DNA from: Pseudomonas aeruginosa
GTDB lineage: Bacteria > Pseudomonadota > Gammaproteobacteria > Pseudomonadales > Pseudomonadaceae
NCBI RefSeq assembly: GCF_001457615.1
Contig: NZ_LN831024.1
Span: forward strand, 3,060,001-3,092,000
Length of the DNA stretch: 32,000 bases
Direction of reading: 5' to 3'
Shown here: one piece after another, positions 8,450 to 15,942 of the stretch
Layout of the letters: each line of letters starts with the position of its first letter
Position numbering within the stretch: position 1 is the first letter of the stretch
The notes under the pieces: generated by a model
Told to the model about the DNA's origin: nothing
What the model saw: the letters and a program-made list of their open reading frames with translations, nothing else
The model's database searches: none
Program-made: the position numbers and the translations under genes

Positions 8450-9501
8450 GGCGCTTCGGCTCCGGTCATGTGCAGGATGTCGAGCTCAAGCTCCGGCAGC
8501 AGTCGTGCGGTCAGTGCCAGCTCAATGGACGGCTCTTCGCCGGACAGGTGGCGCTGGCCTTGCTGCAGGGCGATCACCGCCCAGCGCAGGGTGGCCATGA
8601 CCTGCCAGTAGTGCAGTTGGCTGCGCTCGATACGCAGCGGAGACACCTCGTGGTAGCCCCCCAGGAAGTCCTCCAGTTGGCCGATACCGCCGGCCTCGAG
8701 GTCTGGGCGGGTGAAGCGCCAGCAGCGGGCGGTGAACCAGCCGAGGTCTTCGCACGGGTCGCCCCAGCCGGTGAACTCCCAGTCGAGTACGGCTTCGAGT
8801 CCCTGTTCGCTGGCCAGGTAGTTGCCGGTGCGGTAGTCACGGTGCAACAGACACAGGATGCTGTTGCGCGGTGCGTGCAGCTCGCACCAGCGCAGGCCCC
8901 ACTCCAGCACCGGATAGGCATCGGCGAGGGTGTTGAGGTAGTGGCGATAGGCGTCGATGGTCGCCAAGGCCGGTGAGCGGGTTGGCATCGGCAGGAAATC
9001 CAGCGCGGCGCACGGCGGGCGAACCTGATGCAGGCGCGCCAGGTTGGCGCCAAGCTGCGCCGCCAGCTGCGCCCGGCCCTGGGTGCCGGCGCCAGCGCTG
9101 AGCAAGCGACCGGCGGCGACACCCGGCACGTACTCCATCAGGAAGAACACCCGCCCATGCACGCGCATATCGCGGCACAGCCACAGCGGGCGCGGTACTT
9201 TCACACCGGCCTGATGAACCACTTGCAGCACCGCGAACTCCTGTTCTCGGTCAAGGCTGGCGGGTAGCGCGGAAAGCGCATCGCTGCGCAGCACCCAACG
9301 CCGGGCGCCAGCCCAGGGGCCGCCTTCGATCAGCAGGTCCAGCAGCCAGTTTTCCTGGATGGCGCCGCCGCTCAGGCGCTGGCGTGCCTGGATGACCACC
9401 CGCTTCGCTGCGGCGTGCTCGCGGATGAACTCGACCAGTGGCTGGTCGTCCGGGGCCACGAATGTCTCGCCGTCCCGTACGGTCGTAGGAGGAGTGCTCA
9501 T
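8446..9501 (-). CDS. lvaA: Aminoglycoside-phosphotransferase-fold kinase, LvaA-like (4-hydroxyacyl-CoA kinase)
   Basis: GGAIQENWLLD, HRDYRTGN and DWEFTGWGDP kinase motifs. Start chosen at MSTPPTTVRDG (9501), alternative MTTGRP (9528). The track GTG at 9642 lies upstream of the predicted sigma-54 promoter. Confidence 0.83.
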   Translation of the reverse strand: MSTPPTTVRDGETFVAPDDQPLVEFIREHAAAKRVVIQARQRLSGGAIQENWLLDLLIEGGPWAGARRWVLRSDALSALPASLDREQEFAVLQVVHQAGVKVPRPLWLCRDMRVHGRVFFLMEYVPGVAAGRLLSAGAGTQGRAQLAAQLGANLARLHQVRPPCAALDFLPMPTRSPALATIDAYRHYLNTLADAYPVLEWGLRWCELHAPRNSILCLLHRDYRTGNYLASEQGLEAVLDWEFTGWGDPCEDLGWFTARCWRFTRPDLEAGGIGQLEDFLGGYHEVSPLRIERSQLHYWQVMATLRWAVIALQQGQRHLSGEEPSIELALTARLLPELELDILHMTGAEAP

Positions 9502-9544
9502 GGGGTTGTAGGGCCTGCCTGTAGTCATGTTGTCAGACAGCTTT

Positions 9545-9561
9545 AGCAACGCCTGGGCCAA
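9545..9561 (-). promoter_or_regulatory. Predicted sigma-54 (-24/-12) promoter for lvaA
   Basis: Minus strand TTGGCCCAGGCGTTGCT versus consensus YTGGCACG-N4-TTGCW, with the correct 10 nt between GG and GC. Lies upstream of lvaA, next to a divergent sigma-54 activator gene. Confidence 0.65.
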
Positions 9562-9697
9562 TTTTCGGGATATGCCTGTAACCCGCGCGCTCTCTGGCGC
9601 CAGGTTTTTCCATGGCGCTCGACGAAGCAATCCGGGTTTCACTTTTGCAACGAACTGATTCAGTATCGAAACAATTCAATTCTGAACAGGTCTCGAC

Positions 9698-11650
9698 ATG
9701 CGTCCTCCCCTTTCCCAGGTCGTCGTGCTGGTCAGTCACCTTCAACGACCTCGGCAGCGCAGTCGCCTCGCCAGCCTGGTGGCCGGCCTGGCGGCGGGCT
9801 ACCCGGACGTCCATATCGAGGTGCTCGACACCTCGGTATCCGAAGCCCTGCAAACCGCCCGCGATCTCGAACAGCGCGGCAAGGCCGACGTGTTCGTCTG
9901 TGCTGGCGCCACTGCCGCCTACCTGCGTAGACACCTGGCACGTCCGGTTCTGACGATGCGCGTTGGCGGCGGAGACCTGTTGCGTGCGCTGGAGCAAGCC
10001 CGCGAACACTCCTCCCATGTCGCCCTGCTCAGCTACAACCGCATCGACCGGGACCTGCAAGCCATGCGAACGCTGTTCACGGTGCAGGTTCACCAGGTCG
10101 CCTACACCACCCTGGAAGAGGCTCGCCAGGCTGTCCTGGAGGTAGCCCGGCTGGGTTGCCGCAGCATCATCGGTTCGTCGACGGTGGTGGAGCTGGCGGA
10201 ACAGGCAGGCCTGCACGGCGTGCTGTCGCTGAGCGAAGACACTGCGCGCAAGGCGCTCGAGGAAGCCATGGGAGTCCTCGACAGCCAGCGCCTGGAGATC
10301 GCCAAGCGGCGGCATCTGGACGCGGTGCTGCAACACATTCCAAGCGGTGTGGCAGCGGTCGACAACCAGGGTGTGGTGCAATCGCTCAACCCTGCCCTTG
10401 CCCAGTTGCTGGAGTTGCCGGTCAGCTCGGCTCTGGGTCGACCGTTACAGCAGCTATGCCCGGAGCTTGACCTGCAACAGGCGCTAGAGGATGGCGGTGG
10501 CGAGGAAAACCGGGTGATCCGGCTGGGCTCGCACGCCGTGGTCAGCAATCTCCTGCCGATCCTGGAGAATGGCGAGCGTACCGGCCTGGTGCTCACCTGC
10601 CAGGACATCACCGCCGTGCAGCGCGCGGATCAACGCATCCGCTCCACTCGCCGTCCAGGTGCCTTCACCGCGCGTTACCGGCTCGAACAACTCAACGGCG
10701 CGAGCAAGGCCAACCGTGAGATGTTGCAACTGGCCAAGCGCTTTGCCGCCAGCCATTCGACCATCCTGATCACTGGCGAAAGCGGCACCGGCAAGGAACT
10801 GCTCGCCCAAGGGATCCATAACGAGAGCCCTCGCCGGCACGGGCCTTTCGTCGCCATCAACTGCGCGGCGTTTCCCGAGTCGCTACTGGAAAGCGAACTG
10901 TTCGGCTACGAGGAAGGCGCCTTCAGCGGTTCGCGCAAAGGCGGCAAGCCCGGCCTGTTCGAGGCGGCTCACCGTGGCACGCTGTTCCTCGACGAGATCG
11001 GCGACATGCCTGTGTCGCTGCAGACTCGCCTCCTTCGTGTATTGCAGGAGCGAGAGGTCTTGCGCCTGGGCGGCACCGAGCCGATCTCCATCGACGTGCG
11101 CATCATCGCCGCCACCCACAAGGACCTGGGGGCCGCCATGAAGGATCGCGAGTTTCGCACCGACCTGTATTACCGGCTGAATATCCTGCGCTTGCAGACC
11201 ACTCCCCTGCGCGAGCGGCCCGAGGACATTCCTCTGATTTGCCAGGGAATCAGCCAGCGCCTGCTGGTCCAGGGCCAGCCACCGGGTGCCGCAGGCATAA
11301 CGACGCTCCTGCTACCCTACCTCGTCCGCCATTCCTGGCCCGGAAACGTCAGGGAACTGGAGAATGTCATCGAACGGGCGATGCTCTCCGCCAGCGAAAT
11401 CTTCCATGAGCACGGCGTGGATGAGCATTACCTGGCTCGCGTGCTGCCCGAGCTATTCGAAGGCCAGCCTCAGCCCAGGTCCCGGAAAGAGCCATCGCGC
11501 ACAAAGGATTTGCACGCCATCGGCAAAACCGCGCAGTTGCGCTACATACAGGAGACGCTGGACAGCTGCCAGGGCAGCCTTGACGAGGCTGCGCGTCGGC
11601 TCGGGATCAGCCGGACCACGCTGTGGCGGCGGCTTCGCTCGGCACGCTGA
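9698..11650 (+). CDS. lvaR: Sigma-54-dependent transcriptional activator with PrpR_N, PAS, AAA+ and Fis-type HTH domains, LvaR-like
   Basis: 650 aa; GESGTGKELLAQGIH Walker A, GTLFLDEIGDM Walker B, GAFSGS loop, C-terminal GSLDEAARRLGISRTTLWRRL. Divergent from lvaA. Confidence 0.85.
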   Translation: MRPPLSQVVVLVSHLQRPRQRSRLASLVAGLAAGYPDVHIEVLDTSVSEALQTARDLEQRGKADVFVCAGATAAYLRRHLARPVLTMRVGGGDLLRALEQAREHSSHVALLSYNRIDRDLQAMRTLFTVQVHQVAYTTLEEARQAVLEVARLGCRSIIGSSTVVELAEQAGLHGVLSLSEDTARKALEEAMGVLDSQRLEIAKRRHLDAVLQHIPSGVAAVDNQGVVQSLNPALAQLLELPVSSALGRPLQQLCPELDLQQALEDGGGEENRVIRLGSHAVVSNLLPILENGERTGLVLTCQDITAVQRADQRIRSTRRPGAFTARYRLEQLNGASKANREMLQLAKRFAASHSTILITGESGTGKELLAQGIHNESPRRHGPFVAINCAAFPESLLESELFGYEEGAFSGSRKGGKPGLFEAAHRGTLFLDEIGDMPVSLQTRLLRVLQEREVLRLGGTEPISIDVRIIAATHKDLGAAMKDREFRTDLYYRLNILRLQTTPLRERPEDIPLICQGISQRLLVQGQPPGAAGITTLLLPYLVRHSWPGNVRELENVIERAMLSASEIFHEHGVDEHYLARVLPELFEGQPQPRSRKEPSRTKDLHAIGKTAQLRYIQETLDSCQGSLDEAARRLGISRTTLWRRLRSAR

Positions 11651-11662
11651 GCAAAACGATGC

Positions 11663-11690
11663 GCCTGGGCGATGCGGAACTCGCCCAGGC
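11663..11690. terminator. Hairpin between convergent genes, possible bidirectional terminator
   Basis: GCCTGGGCG-N10-CGCCCAGGC, 9-bp perfect stem just after the lvaR stop. Only a short T-run (GTTTTG) on the minus side. Confidence 0.4.
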
Positions 11691-11715
11691 ATGGACGCGG
11701 CCGGTGCCGTGAAAC

Positions 11716-12219
11716 TCAATTGATCAGCGGAACCTGCTTGCCGATCTGCAACGCCTCCAGCGCGTCCAGTTGCGCTTCGATCTGCAGGAAGCGCATGGCC
11801 CGCCGAGGTGACATCTTCTCGGCCACTTCCTGCACGTACCGGTGCAGCACGGCCAGCTGTTTCTCCTGCAATCCCCGATAGAGGTCGACCATCCTCGAAG
11901 CTTCCGCGTCGGTAATGCTGCCGGAACCATAGGCGCGGGCATATTCGAGCAGGAGCTGGAATGTCTCCTTGTGCAGGCTGTCCGTTTCGCCTCGGTAGCG
12001 TGAATAGATCGGCCAGAACGTCTCGGCTTCGGTACCGTCCAGCGCCATGTTTGCCTCGACCATCCGTTTGCGCTTGTAGTTGATGGTTTCCAGCTGGTTC
12101 CTGATCTTTTCCTTGTGCTCGTTCATCACCTGCTCGACCGATGGCAGGGGTTCGTCGGCATGAGCGGCAAGGGAAAGGGTCGCGACCAGGGTGGCCACGA
12201 AAAGCAAGCGCCTGGACAT
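11716..12219 (-). CDS. Uncharacterised periplasmic helical protein (167 aa)
   Basis: Signal peptide MSRRLLFVATLVATLSLAAHA; helix-rich Glu/Lys/Arg-rich mature region. 58 nt downstream of the PqiB-like gene, same strand. Confidence 0.7.
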   Translation of the reverse strand: MSRRLLFVATLVATLSLAAHADEPLPSVEQVMNEHKEKIRNQLETINYKRKRMVEANMALDGTEAETFWPIYSRYRGETDSLHKETFQLLLEYARAYGSGSITDAEASRMVDLYRGLQEKQLAVLHRYVQEVAEKMSPRRAMRFLQIEAQLDALEALQIGKQVPLIN

Positions 12220-12277
12220 CGGCGTTCTCCTTCTGGGTTGATCGAATGGATTCATGCTGCCGCGGTGCGATGCGACA

Positions 12278-14581
12278 TCAACGGGCCCCGCGCCTCAGGG
12301 CGATCCTGGGCGCCCACTCCAGCCATTCGTCATTGGCCGAATCGAACAGGGCGAAGGTCTGCCCCGGCTTGGCGGGCTCGCCCATCTGCGCATTGTTCGG
12401 GGTGGCGAAGGCAATGCCGCCCTCCATCAGCGCCTCCATCGACTCGGTGCGTAGCGACAGACCCTTGAACAGGCTGGCGTCGACGCCGAAGCCGCTGGCA
12501 TTCCAGAAACGGCTGCCGGTACGCACCAGCGGTACGTAGCTCGGTTCGATGAGGATGCTGATCAGCACCCGGTCGGCCTGTTCGCCCAAGGCCAGGTCGA
12601 CGACCTTGCCCACCGGGATCTGCCGGTAGGTCACCAGGTTGCCCGGCTTGATCGAGCCCTTGCGCGGCGCACTGAGGGTCAGCCGCAGGCCGTTTTCCCG
12701 ACCCAGCAGGTTGGGCGCTTCGGCGAGAGTCTGGAAGCGTGCCTGGCGCTCGCTCGGCGTGCTCGACGGCAGCGCCTCGATGTAGGGGCCGCTGACCAGG
12801 GTTCCGAGGTTCTCGGTACGCAGCAGGCCGAGCGCCGGACGCACCACCCAGAAGCGGGTTCCGCTGCGGGCGACGCGCTCGCCGGCGGAAGTCAGGCGGG
12901 CCTTCATCAGTACCCCGGAGAGGTCCGGGTTCAGCTCGACGCTTTCGATCTTGCCGATGTCCAGGCCCTTGAAGCGGATCGGCGTGCCTTCGCGCAGGCC
13001 GTCGGCATTGTCGATGCTCAGCTGGATCTCCACGCCACGGGCCATCGCCGCCTCCTCGCTGTCGAAGAGGGTGAAGCGACGCACCTTGGTCACGGTCGGC
13101 GCCTTCGGATCGAGGGTGTCGAAGGAAATCCCGCCGGTGATCAGGGTCTGTAGCGACTCGCTCTTCACCTGCACGCCGCTGAGGTTGCCGGTCAGGGTGA
13201 TCCCGCTGGAGTTCCAGAAGCGCGTCGAGGTATTCACCAGGTGCGCGTACTCCGGCTCGATGTGCACACCCACCACCACTCGCTGGCGGTCGCGCGACAG
13301 CTGGTAGCTCTGCACGCTGCCGACGCGGACCTGGCGGTAGAGGATCGGCGCGCCGATGTCGATCGAGCCGAGCTTGTCGCTGGTCAGCACCAGGTGCAGG
13401 CCGGGCGCGTCGGTGTTCAGCGGCGGCGCTTTCGGGCGGATGGTGAACTCGCGACTCGGCGCGCCGCTCTTGGCGAAGCGCACGTCGATGTAGTTACCTT
13501 TCACCAAGGCCTCGAGGCCGGTGATGCCGGCCAGGGAGATGCTTGGCTTGACGGTCCAGAATTCGGTGCCTTCCAGCAGCATGTCCTCGACCCGCGGATC
13601 CATCGCCAGGTCGGCAGTGGCGCTGCTGTAGTCCTTGCCCATGTCGATCGACTTGACCAGGCCGACCTGCACGCCGTTGAACATCACCGGGGTGCGGCCC
13701 GGATCGATACCACTGACGTCGTTCATCTTCAGCTTCACGCGCAGACCGGCCTGGGCCGCGTCGTAGTCGTCGTACAGGCGGAACGGCTTGCTCGGATCGG
13801 TCGGCGGGCTGTCGGTGCGGTTCTCCGGGGTGGAGAAGGCGATACCGCCGGCGACCAGGGTCAGCAGCGACTCGCTGTGCACCTTGAAGCCGGACAGGCC
13901 GCCGGAAATGGAGATGCCGCTGGCGTTCCAGAATCGCGTGTGCTTGCGCACCAGGTCGGCGTAGGCCGGCTCGATGTGCACCTTGATCTCGATGGTCCTC
14001 TGGTCATCGCCCAACTGGAAGCTCTTCACCTGGCCGACCTGGATCTGCCGGTAGAACACCGGGCTGCCCTGCTCCAGGGAGCCCAGGCGATCGGCCTTGA
14101 GGGTCAGGTGCAGGCCGGGCAGCCTGTCGGAAAGGGGGGGCGGCTGCTTCAGCGCGGTGAAGTTGCGTTCTTCCTTCTCGCCCTTCACCGGATCGACCGC
14201 GATGTAGACGCCGGAGACCAGGGTTTCCAGGCCGGTGACGCCAGCCAGGGAAACCCGCGGCTTGACCAGCCAGAAGCGAGTACCCTTGCTCAGGTACTGG
14301 CGCGCCTCCTTGTCCATTTCGATGGTGGCCACCACGCCCTTGATATCTTCGCTGACATCCAGCGCGACGACCTTGCCGACCGCGATGCCCTTGTACAGCA
14401 CCTCGGTCTTCTTCGCCTGGATGCCATCGCTGCTCTCGAAGCGCACCTGGATCAGCACCCCTGCCTGGTCGTAGGCGCGCCAGCCCAGCCAGGCCCCGAT
14501 AGCCAGGGCCACCAGCGGCAGCACCCAGATCGCCGACCAGTTCGAGGTCTTGTGTTTCTTCGGGCTTGGCAAATCACTCAT
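12278..14581 (-). CDS. pqiB: PqiB-like intermembrane transport protein with six MCE/MlaD domains
   Basis: 767 aa; N-terminal TM then six MCE-like units recognised by repeated 'tPv.y.G..vG.v......FW......' blocks and VSGVYI/LVAGGIAF-type ends. Confidence 0.85.
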   Translation of the reverse strand: MSDLPSPKKHKTSNWSAIWVLPLVALAIGAWLGWRAYDQAGVLIQVRFESSDGIQAKKTEVLYKGIAVGKVVALDVSEDIKGVVATIEMDKEARQYLSKGTRFWLVKPRVSLAGVTGLETLVSGVYIAVDPVKGEKEERNFTALKQPPPLSDRLPGLHLTLKADRLGSLEQGSPVFYRQIQVGQVKSFQLGDDQRTIEIKVHIEPAYADLVRKHTRFWNASGISISGGLSGFKVHSESLLTLVAGGIAFSTPENRTDSPPTDPSKPFRLYDDYDAAQAGLRVKLKMNDVSGIDPGRTPVMFNGVQVGLVKSIDMGKDYSSATADLAMDPRVEDMLLEGTEFWTVKPSISLAGITGLEALVKGNYIDVRFAKSGAPSREFTIRPKAPPLNTDAPGLHLVLTSDKLGSIDIGAPILYRQVRVGSVQSYQLSRDRQRVVVGVHIEPEYAHLVNTSTRFWNSSGITLTGNLSGVQVKSESLQTLITGGISFDTLDPKAPTVTKVRRFTLFDSEEAAMARGVEIQLSIDNADGLREGTPIRFKGLDIGKIESVELNPDLSGVLMKARLTSAGERVARSGTRFWVVRPALGLLRTENLGTLVSGPYIEALPSSTPSERQARFQTLAEAPNLLGRENGLRLTLSAPRKGSIKPGNLVTYRQIPVGKVVDLALGEQADRVLISILIEPSYVPLVRTGSRFWNASGFGVDASLFKGLSLRTESMEALMEGGIAFATPNNAQMGEPAKPGQTFALFDSANDEWLEWAPRIALRRGAR

Positions 14582-15194
14582 TCTCGTCGTCCAGATTGGT
14601 GTTGTCCCAGATAAGCCGGGGGTCGAACGTCACGGCGGCGAGCATGGTGAGCACCACCACGCTGGCGAAGGCGGCGGCGCCGAGATTGGCCTCGATGCTC
14701 GCCAGGTTGCCGAAATTGACCAGCGCCACGAGGATGGCGATGACGAAGATATCGAGCATCGACCAGCGCCCGACCCATTCGATGAAGCGGTACATCATGA
14801 TTCGCTGGCGGGCCGACATCGGCTGGTGCCGCTGCACCGAATAGAGCAGCAGGGCGATGCCGACCAGCTTGAAGGTGGGGACGACGATACTGGCGACGAA
14901 CACCACCAGGGCGATGGGAAACATGTCGGCCTGGATCAGGGTCACGACCCCGCCCATGATGGTCGCCGGGGAGCCCTTGCCGAGCATGTTGACGGTCATG
15001 ATCGGCAACAGGTTGGCGGGAACGTAGAGAATCATCGCCGAGATCAGCAACGCCCAGGTACGGGCAATGCTGTTCGGCCGCCGAGGATGCAGCTTCGCGC
15101 CGCAGCGACTGCAACGCGGATGCTCGTTCCCGTCGGCGCGATTCAACTGGTGGCACTCGCCGCAGACCAGAATGCCGGCATCGATCGCACGCAT
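14574..15194 (-). CDS. pqiA: PqiA-like integral membrane protein, single half (206 aa)
   Basis: CGECHQL...CSRCGAKLHPRRPNS rubredoxin-like zinc motif plus about 4 TM segments (ALLISAMILYVPANLLPIMTV). Start at MRAIDAG with GGAG; overlaps the pqiB-like start. Confidence 0.82.
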   Translation of the reverse strand: MRAIDAGILVCGECHQLNRADGNEHPRCSRCGAKLHPRRPNSIARTWALLISAMILYVPANLLPIMTVNMLGKGSPATIMGGVVTLIQADMFPIALVVFVASIVVPTFKLVGIALLLYSVQRHQPMSARQRIMMYRFIEWVGRWSMLDIFVIAILVALVNFGNLASIEANLGAAAFASVVVLTMLAAVTFDPRLIWDNTNLDDENE

Positions 15195-15482
15195 TGTCGT
15201 TCTCCAGGATCTCTGCCGGGACGGTGATGGTTTGTCGTCGTCCAGCGCGGCGGCCAACCTGTGCCTTGCCCGGCAGGGAATGGGCACGGGGAAACCACCT
15301 GTCGGGGGAAGCTGCCGTCGGAAGACGATTCTGTCCGGGGCGTTACAGCGATGGCATGGGTTCGGCCACTCACGCGCATCAGTTGTCCGCTCGGCTCGAT
15401 CTGGCCAGGCTGGGCCGGACTCGCTATTCATGCCGCTTGGACGACGATCGAGCGCTGGGATCGCATGATGCTTATATAGTTC

Positions 15483-15508
15483 ACATGAGTCAATATTGTC
15501 TCATGTGT
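15483..15508. promoter_or_regulatory. 26-bp near-perfect palindrome, candidate operator or hairpin
   Basis: CACATGAGTCAATATTGTCTCATGTG: all positions pair except one T/T pair. Adjacent upstream TATAGT and downstream TTTTT. Confidence 0.5.
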
Positions 15509-15561
15509 TTTTCTCCATCGCGCTATACGGAGCCAAGCGGCGATCCTGCCAGGGAGGCATC

Positions 15562-15942
15562 ATGGCATTCGCCACGGAAGGAAGGACCCCCGGAGAGATT
15601 GTGGCGCGCCTCCTGTCTCATGCCGATGCAAGTGGCGGTATCGGCCGAGAATCCCTCGACACCGAGAAGCGGCTTTTCCGCGTCCAGGCATGGGACGATA
15701 GGAGCACTCGGGCAGCCCTGGATCGATACTCGCTTTACAGGCAGGAACACCGGCGGGCCTCTTCCGGGGCTCCTCCAGTGTCCTGCTGCACACCTCTGAG
15801 GCTCCGATATCCTCCGAACCTCGTCTTTGCCCGGTTCCTCTTTCAGTCAATCGCCGCCCGCGTCCCAACCCCGTCCACCAACCGCGCAATCCCCAATGGG
15901 TTGCCATCCTTCAGCGCTTCCGGCAGCCACGCGTCCGGGTAG
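15562..15942 (+). CDS. Hypothetical protein, possibly a truncated remnant
   Basis: MAFATEGRTPGEIVARLLSHADASGG...; GGGAGG before ATG. Its 3' end overlaps about 100 nt antisense to the dehydrogenase gene. Confidence 0.3.
   Translation: MAFATEGRTPGEIVARLLSHADASGGIGRESLDTEKRLFRVQAWDDRSTRAALDRYSLYRQEHRRASSGAPPVSCCTPLRLRYPPNLVFARFLFQSIAARVPTPSTNRAIPNGLPSFSASGSHASG

Noticed and set aside
9502-9642. N-terminal 46-47 codons of the tracked lvaA ORF
   Set aside because: Contains the predicted sigma-54 promoter and lacks kinase-like sequence; kept as promoter/leader instead.
9634-9650. Possible plus-strand sigma-54 site for lvaR (CCGGGTTTCACTTTTGCAA)
   Set aside because: The TTGCA half and spacing fit, but the -24 half is CGGGTTT, too far from TGGCACG to claim.
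13241-14614. 457-aa plus-strand ORF antisense to pqiB
   Set aside because: HRQ-rich mirror of the repeated MCE domains; no independent evidence.
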